Source: Peribolospora baueri
Taxonomy: Eukaryota
NCBI GenBank assembly: GCA_029717555.1
Contig: JAMDHS010000060.1
Coordinates: 1 to 64,000, forward strand
DNA: 64,000 nucleotides
Reading direction: 5' to 3'
Each line of letters starts with the position of its first letter. Positions within the stretch are counted from its first letter, which is position 1. Positions 51,317 through 64,000 of the stretch are shown in pieces. A program made the position numbers and the translations under genes. Below the pieces are notes generated by a model, which saw only the letters and a program-made list of their open reading frames with translations, did not search any database and had not been told where the DNA came from.

Positions 51317-54300
51317 GCATCGGAGTATCGCATGGATTCCGACATGGGATCCTGCTCCTCCGCTCCTTCCTTTTCTCCCTTTGCTTCCCACGTTATTATA
51401 ATATTCGTCTCTATCGTCGCTCACTTCGCTCACTCCCTTCCCTTCTTTCGTTCCTTTGCACAACTCACGGAACTGCGCCTGCCCAGCCGTGGGCTCGACC
51501 CGTACCCGTCCTCATATGATCTCTTGCGCTCCCCCATCCCTCCCCTTCCTTGCTTCCATCATGCATCCCTTCCCTTCCATTCCATCTCTCGGCCTGGCCC
51601 GGCAGAATATGTCACCCTTCCCTCCCCTTGTTTCTTCTCTCCGCATGCAATAATCCGATCATGACTATTTACGATTTCCTTTTTTTTTCGAACTTGGGCA
51701 GATCCAATGTCGATGCCCTTCTTCCCAAATGCTTCTCTCGTTCCCTTCTTCGTTTCCTTTCCTTTTTCCTCCGCGGGACGCCGGCCGACGGTGACGTGAC
51801 GGTAGTGACGGTAGGAGGAAGACGGAACGGCGTCAGGCGGAGGAAGGCGGTGTGAGATCGGGGCCACCACGCGAAGAGCACGCGACTCGACGCGGCGTTC
51901 GTCGCTTGGAAAATGCTGCGGCGACGAGCTGGGCTGAACTGCGGTCGACGAAGAACGGGTGGCTGGCCGAGCCTTTCTTTCACTTTGCCGGTCTGGCTCG
52001 GGTGGGCTTGCTGGGACGGACGAACGGGCGTCGATCGAGAGTGCGGGGTGTGATGGAAACGGAAAGGCGCTCATTTGGACTCGGATGCGGATGCATGGTG
52101 GATCGCGCGTGAAGCAAGCAACCCATCCCGAGGACGACCCGTGAAGTAGGTCAGAGGTCGAGCCGAGCCAGGGCAAGGCCCGGCGGGCGGGCGGCCGGGG
52201 CGGCGCGTAGACGGTCCCTCAACGCTCATCACGTCACGTGATCCCCTTTCTTCCTTCGCATGCGATGACGGAAGGGCCCGCTCCGGTCGAGCCCAGCTTG
52301 AGCTAGCTTCAACCATGCGTGCCGAGCGAGCGATGGTCGTGCTCACGATCGGGCGGACGGCCGACCGACGGTCTACGCTGCCCCTGCCAGCACCGGCAAT
52401 CATTCGCGGGCGATGCCGAAGGCAAGATGGGTTCCAATAAGAGCAAGTGGTGCGCACTAGGATTAGACGCGAGAGAAGGGACCGGTGCGGAGGTGCAAGG
52501 GTGTGACAAGAGACCGGAACGGCCCTTACAGCGAAGGCGGTGCGTTCGTTCTTTCGACACCAGCTGCCCCGAATTCTTGAGGGGCTTGGGCAGCGCTGCT
52601 TCATGGTGTGAACGCGCGCGAACAGGCCGCGTGGTGATCTCTTGGGGCGGTGGTCATGGAAAGCTGGCGAAGCGGCTGCTAGGTCGGCCCCTCCCTTTTT
52701 TTCATGGACGCTCCTTCTCACTTTGAAAGAGAAGCCTCCCGCTTTCGCCCAAAGCCGCCTCGGTACTCTCTGGCCTAAACGGGGAGATGAGATGGCAATT
52801 GACTCACTCGGCTCGACCACCAATCCTCGTACAGCGCCGAGGAAATAGCAACAGGGACGTCAAAGGTAGAGCAGCGCGACGCTAACATGCGAGGAGTGCC
52901 GAAACTGGCGGCGCATGCGGACTCGGAGCTCTTTCTTCGGCAAAAGTCAGCAGCACCTGCTACGTCAGACCACAGCTTGTTTCCACAGTTTAAAGGCTGA
53001 GGATCACTCGTTCGTCAGTGACGAACTTGCACCGTTGGACGAAACTGGCGTGGCTGACCATCTGTATCCAAGGCTCTGACGAGGTCAAAGGCGATCAGGG
53101 CATGAGCAAGGGTGTCCGGGCGAGAGTGGATCAGTAATGTGGCATCTCTTGCCTTTTTTCTACAGCAAAAGGCATATGTCTGTTTGAGCAGTTTGAGCAG
53201 GCCGGACGAGACGTCCTGCTGATTCGATCGCAGGCTCTCCAAAACGCTTACGAACATCCCGATGTTGGCCCACGAAGAGTTTTCATAACGACCTGATCGC
53301 GCCGCAAGTTGGAGTGCTTGCAAGATGGGGGCGGGCTGGGTTCATGGGTGGCTCGTCACGTGTTGGTCACCGATGTGATCGCGGCGCGTGCGCGGCTCGA
53401 CGCGTCGATGGGAGCGCTGCGCCCGAGGTTTTACATAGGACGAAAGAGAGGGCTCAGCATCCGAGGCGCCCCCGCTGCTCCCGCTGTATGCCTTCCTCCC
53501 CGGCTCGGCCGCTATTGCTCACCGCGAGGGGTGAGCAGTGGCGACGCGTGAACGACGGACCGGACCAGTGCCCTCGCTATCATCATCCCCTGGCCCGCCG
53601 ATCCGAATTGGCCCTTTCTTTCGAGGAGCCGAGTCGACTGAATAGCATGGGAACGGGGAGCCATCGCTGATCTAGTCTGTACGTATTTTCCCACAGAGGA
53701 TGCATGTGGAGAGGGGGGGCGGTGCTTGTCCGTCTGCTCTCCGATATCACAAGCAGGAGACCGACGCGTATGGCTCGTGGGAATCGTGCTCCGCCGTCGT
53801 CGACAAGTCCGCGGACGAATCGGCGTCGACGACCTGGAATGCGGGCTCTCCACGCGGGACTAGAAACTATCAAGCTTGATAAGGATCCTCCTACAGGCAG
53901 TTATCCTTAACCAGAAGAACAGTCCTTATCTTTCTCACCCATTACTAGCTGTGGCGTCCAGGTTGAGGCAGTGCATATTCGGAAACGCCAGTGTGCCGGA
54001 ATGCCGCCGTGCCCTGATCGCAAGCGCCAAGGCGCCGAGGCACATGGTCGGCGAAAGGCCTTGATGCCTGTGAACATGTCATCATTCCTCGTGATCGCTG
54101 TCGTCGTGGTCCCTGTCAGCGTAGGTCCGTGGCAACTCGCTTTTCTCCTGTTCGCTCCGCTTGACCACGTCCGTGAAGAGCCGCGTCCTTTCTTTCTTCC
54201 TTCAGCGGCTTATCTTATGCGTTTGCGCTCCGATTCCGTCAATGGCAGGTACTTAAACGGAGGATTTCCATCGCGCCGGCTCAGCGCCCTCGACCTTCTC

Positions 54301-54647
54301 CAACAAGTCGTCCAAGTTGTCTGGTCGCAGGCCTTTATGTATGAAAATCCTCCTACGGTCCTTGCCAGTTTTCCGTGACTTGGAAGCTGTGAATGTGACG
54401 GTTGAGTATGCAGTATCTTGGTTGTCCGGAAGAGAAGATCAGCTTACCGCTGTCAAGGCGCCAGGACGGCTCGCAGACGCGGACCTGCTAAGATGTCTTG
54501 ACAGCGTAGTGTGATGGCAAGGATCCCCAGGAACAACAAGTTCATTCTATCCGTACAGGCCCGCCTTACTCGTACACCAATGCCACATTCACGGGACAAG
54601 ACACTTGTGAGCATGAAGAGATTGAAAAAGGGACGCGGACGACATGC

Positions 54648-56274
54648 TCAAATGAGTTTGAGCCTGGACTGGTGAAAGCCGCCCTTGAACGACCGCAACG
54701 AGGATGCTCTTCCCCGTTGCATCCGCGCGAAAGCTTCGAGGATGTGTGCCGGCTTCAGCGGCGTCCGTTCTGAAGGTGGAGGGGCAAAGAGCGTGCAGAC
54801 CGGCCTGTCCGGTGAAAGCGGCCCAGCGCCCTCGACGGACGACGTGGCGCCACCGCCGTCCATGTCTTGCTTCTTCTTGCGCCTTCTCACTTCCCCTCGC
54901 TCGGGACTCATCGTGTCTCCCTTGCGCTTCCGCGTCGAACCTCCGTCTGCGCCGCCGCCGCTCCTCGCAAAATTGCTACCCGTCAGACCTTCAACCCCAT
55001 CTGCCACATTGAGACGAGCCGCTGCCGCGCCGGCGGCCATCGCACTGCTTTTTTCCGCCTTGCTCTCCTCCTCGGCCTGCTCGAGCGCCTTCTTGACTTC
55101 CAACCCTCCAACGCACAGAGAACGGACGATCTCAAAGGCGAGGAAGCCGAGGATGTCGATCGTCTCCTCGTTCGGCTTGGTCGATAGATAGTCGGAAACG
55201 TTAATGAACTCCTTAAAACGTTTGGCTAGTAGAATCGGGGAAAAAAAGCCAGTGAAGCGCGTTGGTCCAAATGAACACTTGTCGACGTCTTGACGCGCGA
55301 GCTGAACGTCAACACGGAACTTACATTTCCGAAAGGTGAAAGAAGCCTGCCTGCACTCGGAATAGTGGACATATTCTTCCCTTGTCATTCTTCGAGTAGC
55401 TTCGTCGGCATCCTGAGGAAAGAAACCATGCTGCTGGTGAGACGGAGGGCATGTGAGACGACAACGGAAAGATACCGACCTTGAGTCTCTGCAAGCTCTC
55501 TTCGTGAGCCTCGATGTCATCTTCGTCTTCTTCATCCGAGTCCGCTCGTATCAGCTCCGAATAGATGTTAGTGAGCTCCCACGGTAGCTTGATCTTCCTT
55601 CGCTTGGACTTTGACATTTTATCCGCTGGATCAGCTGGACAGTGCCATGCGCGCGACGTTCAGCACAATAAAGGACAACCTCTGCACCATCAATGAGCAG
55701 TTGTCTGACGTCCTCTGACTCACCCGTCGCCGGATCGTCGATCACGTCCATCTCGACCCCACCGCCTTCTCTATCTCCGCTCTCCTTCACTTTCCGAACG
55801 TCTCTCCAGCTCAAATAGGTTCGGAGACGGTTGACCTTTCCACGGTCGTAACGAATGAGAAAGATAAGGTCTTCTGCTGCCAGTGTCCGCGAACCCCGGC
55901 GTTGAGCTAGGTTGCGAGCTTGGATGACCTGCGGGGTCAGCACCCGGGAACAGGCACCGGTTGAGCATCGATCGGCTAAGCTCAGAGACAAGTGGGGGTG
56001 CTCTTAACGCAATCTCACAATCTCGATGATTTGTGTCCGGACAATGTTCTCCACCAGCTGTACCGTCTCGGGTAGTGCGTCTTGTACTTCGCCGAAGACG
56101 AACATCTGCGAACGGACAGCGCGCTTGGTCAATTCACGGCGAGGCCCGGTGACTGTGGAGGGCCGGGCGGTGGCTCACCATCTGAGCAATCTCCTGTGTG
56201 TACAGATATCGATAATCCTGAGGCGTAGACGCGGCTGCGGTCGTCGCTCTCCCCGACCCCGTCTTGGTCGCCAT
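54648..56274 (-). CDS. SPT3: SAGA complex subunit Spt3
   Basis: YTQEIAQMMFVFGEV, EDLIFLIRYDRGKVNRLRTYLSW, MTREEYVHYSECRQASFTFRK, DILGFLAFEIV. Confidence 0.95.
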
Positions 56275-56447
56275 GCCTGGTAGTGGTGGTAGTGGTGTGG
56301 AGACGACACCGGGGACAAGGTCATCTTGACCACCCAGATTGCCGCCGGGCGACCGCGAGTTGTCTGGCCGCAGCAGCGATCGGGACCTGCGATCGGGGTC
56401 GTCTTCGTTTCTTTGTCTCCTTCTCACCACACGCAAGTCGCAGGATC

Positions 56448-57940
56448 ATGAAAGCCTTCGCACGCGCTCTGCGGAGCTTGGCGCTCCCTCACCTCGCTCC
56501 GTCAACGATACCAGCGAGGTCCTTCACTCATGCGCCGCATGTGCGACCGACCTGGCCGTCGTTGGCGGTGCAGGGACGCAGATGGAACAGCTCGACGGTA
56601 GGAAAGCAAAGTCCGGTTCAGGACGAGCTGCAAGAGAGCCTGACAAAAAGTGAGCATACGTTGCATAGTGATTCGAGGTCGTTTTTGTTAACCAGCTGGT
56701 TTCACTTTTTTCAGAGGCGGAGCGGACGATGAGGAGGTTTTGGAAGACGGTGGCCGTCAAGGAGCGAGATGACGGTGAGCTTGCACCTCGCTGCGGCCAC
56801 TTGCGATGGCTCCCTGACTGGCGCGACTTTTGGTTCTCTCGAATTTATGCTGCCCGTTTGGGAACGATAGGCTCATTTGGCGTAACCCTGGACGGCCGTA
56901 ACTTGAGGACCCCCGCCGGCTCATACCTTACTCTACCCAAGGAGAAGCGGTTGCTCGCTAACCTCATCGCTCAGGAGTGGGACGACCAAAAGACGCTGCT
57001 CAAGCCGCACACGCTGCCCATGGCGAGTATCGATGCGCAGGACATGTCAAAGTCGATCGTGCGCTCACTTCTTTTTTCCCTCTTTGCGGCGTTTCTCAGA
57101 CGTCACTGGCGGCACGAGCGATCGATGGCCTGAACGATTCGGAGACGCGAGAAAAGGTAGTGAACGACCTGCTGCGCTACCTCGAGACAGACACAGTTTG
57201 GTGAGTATGCGACTCCGCTGATCCTGTTGGGGCCACCACGAGGCCTCTTCTGCGCATGCTCGTGTGCTAAAGCGGGCGAGGCTTCCCCACCCCGCCAGCT
57301 TCTACGAATCCCACCCGCCGGCGCTCGTCCGCCTCCAAGCACAGCGCTGGGACCCGTTGCTGCAATGGGTGCGCACGACGTATGGCGTCGAAATCGTCAC
57401 CTTTGACACCGTCCTCGCCCATTCGCAGCCAGTCGAGACGATGCGCAAGCTCCGGGAGGTCTTGGAGGCCTGGGACGGCTGGAAGTTGGCTGGTGAGTGG
57501 TTTGAGGTGTAAATTTCCTTATGTTGGTTTCTTTCCCTAGAGGCAACCCGCTTCATTGTTGCCGTTGTCCGTAAAGGGTCGCTTAACTGACATCTCCTCT
57601 GCTGTCCTGATCCGGCTCGCGTTCCTGTAAAGCCTTCGAGCGAGCAGTCATGACCTCCAAGTCCTTCCTTACTTCGCTCGCTCTCGTCGAGGGTCACTTG
57701 AGCGCTGAAGACGCTGCGAGGACGACCGAGGTGGAGGTAGCGAGTCAGATAGAGCGATGGGGGGAAGTGGAAGATAGTGAGTGAATTGCCCGTCCAGAGG
57801 CGAGGCGAAAGAGGCAGCATGCGAATCTTGACGTTTGTCTCCTCCCCCCCGTCCTGCCGCTTTCCTCAGCTCACGATGTCGACTACCAGGACCTGCGCAA
57901 GCAACTGGGCAGCGTGGCGTGCTTTGTCATGGACCACTAA
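56448..57940 (+). CDS. ATP12: Mitochondrial F1-ATPase assembly chaperone (one GC-AG intron)
   Basis: Presequence, RRFWKTV, LDGRNLRTP, LPMTSLAARAID, YLETDT, QIERWGEVED.HDVDYQD. Confidence 0.94.
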
Positions 57941-59827
57941 AGGTCTTATCAACCCCGTGTGAGAATCTCGTTCGGAGCGATTGGCACCAGGTGCTCCGCG
58001 ATCTCCTTCCTCCATAGTTATTTTTGCGGAAGGAGAGCATATTTATACATGCGTCGATACGCTTCGTAGAAGTCGCTCAGGTGCACCATAGACATGCGTG
58101 GACGGACCGCTCCAGCTACAGCCCTAAGCGTCTGGACTCCTCGCTCACATTCGTGGTCGAGGCTGTCTAGGAATAAGTCCTCCACGATCGAGTAGGAAGC
58201 AGTGTCCCAGTATTGTTCTCTTCTGCCGATGCTTAATGGATGCAAAACCCTGCAACCGACGACCGACTTCACACCACCATTCGCGCACGTACAGTATGCA
58301 CAGGCTACAGTACATACTGTATGTATTATAGTCCACAGGATGAAGTACGATTATAGGCACATATCTCGCGTGCGGGACCTTCCTCTGCCGAAATCACCTT
58401 GCCGCCGTCGGAACTCGACCGAGACCCGGGCCGCACGACTGGCACAAACAGCGCAGACCAGCGGTGCGTGGGCGCCTGTCGGTCGCTCCGGGACTTGTCC
58501 CTCGGCGACGGAGGACGTCAGAGGCGGGTCCATGGATGAAGCGCTCGTGGGATGCTGTATGTATGTAGCCTTGTCCAAATGCGCATGTTGGTTCGGACGC
58601 TCGCCGGTCGAGGGCGATGGTGACGACGATGTCCTGGCGACAGCGACTTGCAAGTCCTAATCCGTCTTTCGCGGGTTTGTCCTCAAGTGCCGGGTGACGT
58701 TCTCCCCTCATCACCATGCTTCGTGGTCGTCGTTGAGAGCTGGCCTAGACCCGGTATCGGAACACGCAACTAGTGCAAAGCGACGTAGATCCGGCCGCCC
58801 GCTGCGGACGATATAGATGGGCGCGTTGGTGGCAGCTCGAAAGACAACGTCCGGATTGAAGATGTGCACTTGAGCCCACGCCTCGCCTTATTGAAAGGTG
58901 TTGGCAGATGTGCGCTCGGACGCAGACGTAGATATTGTATGAACGGGCCTCTGGACTTTTCTCGAGCCGACGCAAGAAAGAATGGGCTGACCCCGGAACT
59001 TTCTTCCACCAAAAAAAAGGGGAAAGGAAGGAAGGAAGGAAGGACGATCCGCTTCCCGTCTTTCGGGACCTCCGCCGGCAAGCGCAAACGTCATTGGCGT
59101 CTCGGTTCAGGCGTGCGTCTAGCGCTCGGACGTCTTGCATTGATTGGCCTTGTTTGTTCGTCCGCCGGCCGGCCCGGCCGATCAGGTTTGATCCGCTCAC
59201 CCGACACCGTCGGTATAGTAGAGTGTGGTACAAGTACAAGGAAGGGAGGCAAAAAAGAGGCAGCGGGCATACGGCAGGAAGGAAGCGAGCGGGCGAAGAT
59301 GGCATCATCATCACCAGCGAGGTGGCCAAGCCGTGAAATGGATGAGCGGCACGCGACCCGACCGACCGGTGCCCGCATTCGAGGCGCTTCACTGGGATGA
59401 AGACGACGAGCAAAGTGACGCCGCCGAGGCGGAGCAGAAAGACAAACAAATCCGAGCGTGACGGCCGTCGTGTGCGAGTCGCCGTGCCGCAGCAGCAGCC
59501 GCAGCCGCGCTGCTCCTTCTCTTACACCTGCAGCACACGCGAGAACAAGGCACACACAGGTACATATCATATGTGCCTGCCGCGATCTCCCCTCTCGATT
59601 CGCGTCTTGTCTCACCTGACTGCGTCGACAGACACGGTTTCGACGAGTCGTAGGCACGGCCGCCGGGCGACGTTTCCATTCAGTGATGATGACGAGAACA
59701 TTAGCTTTCGAGTTGAACAGGTATGTGCGATCCGCTGGTCGGTATCCCCCAATGAACTTCTACCCCGCCGAATAATGTACAAGACCAGGCTTGGGAACAA
59801 GATGAACCACCTTGCAAAATTCCACGG

Positions 59828-62800
59828 TCAGAGCCATAGGCTCCGCTTGATGCCCGCCAGAAGCGGCTCGAAGAGCGATGCGTGGCGCTTGGCCTCGGCA
59901 AGACTGGGGCCAAGGGCCAAATGCACGAAAAAGGGGGCGGGTCTGTCAGCGAGCGGGAGGGTAGAAGTAGAAGAAGTGGGAAAGGAGCTTACGTTTGGAT
60001 CGGCGCTTCTTTGACAAGATTGTCTCCTCCTTCTGCGTCGCATGCGCCCACGTTCGTCGCTTCGGCCACGATCAGGCGGACGATCTCCTCGACGACCTCG
60101 TGGGACGTGTGGCCCTCGTCGTCGAGGCGGCTCCCTTGCTCCAGTTCCGAGCGACTGGAAGCGCCCATAAAGTCATTGCGCACGACGCGAAACGCGAGAA
60201 ACTTGGACTCGCTCGACGGCGATGACGGTGGCACGTTCTTCATCGAGGACGTATTGATGCGCTGCTCGTCTTTGAGGAACGTGATGAGGAAGCCCCAGTT
60301 ATCCTGCACACACGACAGACGATCGTTAGTCAACCGCAGCCCGTCCAGGGAGGATCGCTTCAAGCACGTACCTCCGGGTGAAAGGCTTCTGAAGTCGCAA
60401 CGATGTAAACTCCTGGAAGAGATATGTCGGCTTTCAAGCCAGTCTCGGGTCTCAAGCCCATAACGTCCCGATGGACTCACCTTTCTGTATAGCGACGATG
60501 TCGCCCAAACGGATCCTACTGAATTCGGAGACCTTTTCGACGGTGAAGTCGTATCCGCAGACATATAGAGCCTTCTTTGTCTGCAACCGCACGAAAGGAG
60601 ACAAGCGAATTTGAGCTACCGCATCTCCCCCATGCACAAAGCCGTAGGACAGACTGACCAGCAGTACGACTTTCTCCTCGAAATTGGAGGATTGTATCTT
60701 GCCGGGCTCGATGGGCGAAAGGAGGGTCCAGCCTGCGATTTTCTTCTCCTCTTCAAAGATGACCTCCCTCGCACAGGATTCGACTGCAAGCCAAAAAAAG
60801 AGAGCGCTCCCGTCAACGGAAGAACCGGGCACAGACGCTCGTATTGCGGCGTACGCACTAGCTGCAGCTCGGATTTTCGTCAGCCGACCTGCCTCGTCCG
60901 GATCGGCCGACATGAGCGTATCTCCATATCGTTCCAAGGCGGACAAGTTCGTGCTGCGATCCGAAGCATCGATCGTTGTTTGTCAGCCAAGGAGTTGAGC
61001 GCGGAGGTCGGTATCGCCAACAATCCCGCATTGGAAAGAAAAGCTCACGCGGCGAGATAAAAGTCGATGACGGCCTGCTTGAAAAAGTCGGTCACCGCGC
61101 CTGAGAAGTCACATGGCAAATTTGAAGATGAGAAAAAGCTCTCGAGTCTCATTTCAGTGCAGAAGCGGGAGCACACCTTGCACCATCCGGAAAACGGAGT
61201 TTGTCGCGTCGTTCATCATTCCAATCAGGTTCCTCTTTCCGGTCCTGTATGGACGTGTGCAGGCCAACCGAACAAGGTGAGGATCACATGGAACTCGTCG
61301 TCGCCCCATCTTGGTGATGGATGACGGAACTCACCGAGTCCAATCGCCTTTCAATGCCCTCGTCCCGGCATACGCTTGTGAGATCAGATCTCCATTGTTG
61401 GCCCACGTGTCGTTGAAGACAAACTCGAAGGCGTCGTTTTTGGCACCCGTGGTGGAGAGGACGATACCGATGCGCTCCAGCTGGACGTTCAAAACGTGAC
61501 GGGCGAAGGCCGATTGGACGACGTTCGTTCGATCTACCGCCCAGCCAGGGTAGATAAGAGTGCAGATGACGTGTTCGTTAGGGGAGAGCCCTGACTCGTT
61601 CAGCACGGCTCGGCAGAAACTCACCTAGACAGTCGAGGCACGAGACCCTAAAGGCGCCCTTCTGTTCGCAATACACCTGGCCCTCGGAAGACCGCCAAAA
61701 GAACCTGAAGAGGAAGCGAGATCACGCTTGTGAGTGCTTCGCTCATAGGGGTAGCCTCGAAAGATACTACGGACCCCATGCTGTTGATATCTTCGTTCAC
61801 GTTTTGAATGAGCCTGGAAACGTTTTCGAACTAGGCGATCAAAGCGAAGGCAAAGAGGCAAGAGAGAGAAAGATTGTCACGTCTCTGTGAAACTTTTGTC
61901 AGGCAGGCCTGGAGCGAGAAATTTTACCTTCATGCCTGCACATTCTCGATGAAAATCGAAAGCGATGTACCTGAAATCGGATGATGGCATCGTTGTCAGC
62001 CTATTCAGCTGCCCACATCAGATCCAAAACGGTCATGCCGCCAAGTCGGCCAATCGCCGAGACCCGGGAAGCAAGCGACTCACTTGACATTTTCCCGCCC
62101 CATCTCGGCCACCCTATCCCGATAAGCCTCAGTGATAGACTGCTCCTTCCCCTGCTGCTCGGCGAGATTCACCACGTAGACGGGACCGTACAGCTTCGTC
62201 TGCGTCTCGAAGTGCCTGTCGCACGCCGTCAAGTTCTCTTCTGGGGACCGCTCGAGCACAGGTGGAGGCTTTAGTGAAAATGGGGATTGGGACCAGTAAA
62301 GGGGGACTGGGGGACGAAGAAACGTCATGAACGAACAAGTGCCTGTCAGACGACATCTCGTGGTCCAAACGAGTCCGGAATGATCCCGGTGAGATGGCCA
62401 GAAATCACTCACTGGACCCTCGGAACTGCACAAAGCTGAGAACGTGCGTGTCGTCTCCGCGCCTGATGCAGAGTATCTGCTCGCTGAGAGGGCCAGAAGC
62501 ATCAGAATCCGTAATTAAGGAGATGGCGGTGAGCGTTCCCGACGTTGCAAGTCTAGAGGGCCTAGCAAAGTTCTCGCCATACTCACGTCTCGACATAGTT
62601 GGCCACCTGACCAGCATCATTTACCCCGCGCCTCTGGTACCTTAGTCCCGCGCGCTCCTTGGACCTTCTTGACACGATGATCAGCTGCGCCTCCACCGAG
62701 TCGTTCTTCTCATCAGTGTCGTCGGAGGCGGGATCGGGATGAGAAGGCCCGTCGGGCGCGAGGGTCAGGACATCTGATTCGGTCCGGGCAGAAGACGCAA

Positions 62801-64000
62801 TGCCCGCGTTGGAAGGGGAGACCTCATCAAGCGGCTCGCCGGCGGGTTCCTTGGTGGTCCCAGAAACGGTCGGGGGAGGGATGCTGGTGCTGCTTGGGCT
62901 AACCTCGATCGGAAGGCGGGACGATTGGAAGTACCCTACATGACAGAGTCAGTGAGTCAGTGAGCGCAGTCCGGGCTCGTTCGATAGCGTAAGTAAGAGC
63001 TCACCTTGCATGAGCGGAAGAACCAGCGAGTGAAGCTGACGGGTGAGCCGGTATCGAGACCATGAAAAAAAAGCGATTGTGAGACTGAGCGTGGCCGCTT
63101 CACTTGGCTGAGTGACAACCAATGTCCGAGGAAAAAATCAATTGGAACTCACACCTGCGTCGACGAAATCCCGAGTAAGATGCTCATTTTGCCAGAACCG
63201 TCTATCTACCCTTCCTATTAGTAGACGAGGACGCATCCACAGAGGGCCGGGGGGGGGGTATTAGTCCGGCACGGTGCGGGGGTGTCTTCGACTCCTTGGC
63301 CCCCCGATTAGAACTCCGGGACTTACGCCATAGAGGCAAAGCCGCCTGAGGCTCCTCGAACAGCATCGAGTCTCCTGGACGATCGCTCGTCCGTGAGGTG
63401 GATCCAGCAGCCGCGAAAGCCGTGCTCGGCTGCGCCTGTGCTTGTGGTTCCGATTTCGGTCGTGGAGGTAGAGACGAGGCCTGCGTGGTCGTGGGACTGG
63501 TTGGCGGCGAGGGTCTTGCGGACGAAGAGCGCGATTTGGACTGCGCGATGGCTTGATGCTTTCGCTGCAAGGAGTGGGTGAGGTCTGGAGATGGCGAAGG
63601 CGCTAGAGTCAGACGTCCACAAATCCAAAGAGAGAGGGCGCGGGCGAACGAACAAATGTGGAATTAATAAGATCAAGAACATCCGCGGGAGCTCACCGAA
63701 ATCATAGCTGAACCACATCTCTCCCCTACCAAACATGCGCACAGTCGCCATGACTACCTTCTCCTCCAGCTCCTCTCTCTGGGCGTCACGGTAGCGTTCT
63801 TCGGCCGTGCGAGTATTCAGAGGGTCGGGCTCGTTGGAAGGATCGTCAGCGGTGGCAGCGGGCGCGGAGACGGCGGAGGAGGGCTCGAAGGAGGCGGTCA
63901 GAGCTTCGGCCGTCACGGGGAGGTGATCGGGTTCCTTGTCGAGCTTAGAGTAAGTAGAGGAAGAATAGGATCGAGCGTGCTCGGCAAAGGAAACTTTCCC
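59828..64000 (-). CDS. Sac1-domain phosphoinositide phosphatase with hSac2-like C-terminal domain (INPP5F/Sac2-like); 5' end lies outside the window
   Basis: MWFSYDFDLT, RAGLRYQRRG, ANYVETEQ, FVQFRGSIPLYWSQ, catalytic CLDCLDRTNVVQ, WANNGD.IS..YAGT. Confidence 0.9.

Noticed and set aside
58018..58272. 84-aa protein-like minus-strand ORF downstream of ATP12
   Set aside because: No ATG start or upstream exon identified and no recognisable family

Overview
Gene-dense, GC-rich, intron-rich fungal nuclear DNA, most likely a basidiomycete (short GT-AG introns, GTGAGY/GTAAGY/GTGCGT donors, CTRAY branch sites). Manual splicing supports 21 protein-coding genes: a hexose transporter, a Shg1/BOD1-domain protein, ERG10, eIF3j, DYS1, POL5, two SNG1/DUF3533 paralogues, a flavin amine oxidase, RFC2, CAF-1 large subunit, mitochondrial MetRS, ER DnaJ, PWP1, SUR2, HIS1, HIS7, Cdc25, SPT3, ATP12 and a 5'-truncated Sac-domain phosphatase. 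It also holds an intron-containing tRNA-Pro(UGG) and a TA-flanked foldback MITE. The most notable observations are an apparent single-nucleotide exon needed to keep DYS1 in frame, 3-, 4- and 8-nt microexons in the DUF3533 genes, an adjacent HIS7-HIS1 pair, a tRNA intron carrying a T6 run longer than its own terminator, and an MCB-box bidirectional promoter between RFC2 and CAF-1A. All identities come from motif recognition by eye; no database searches were run.
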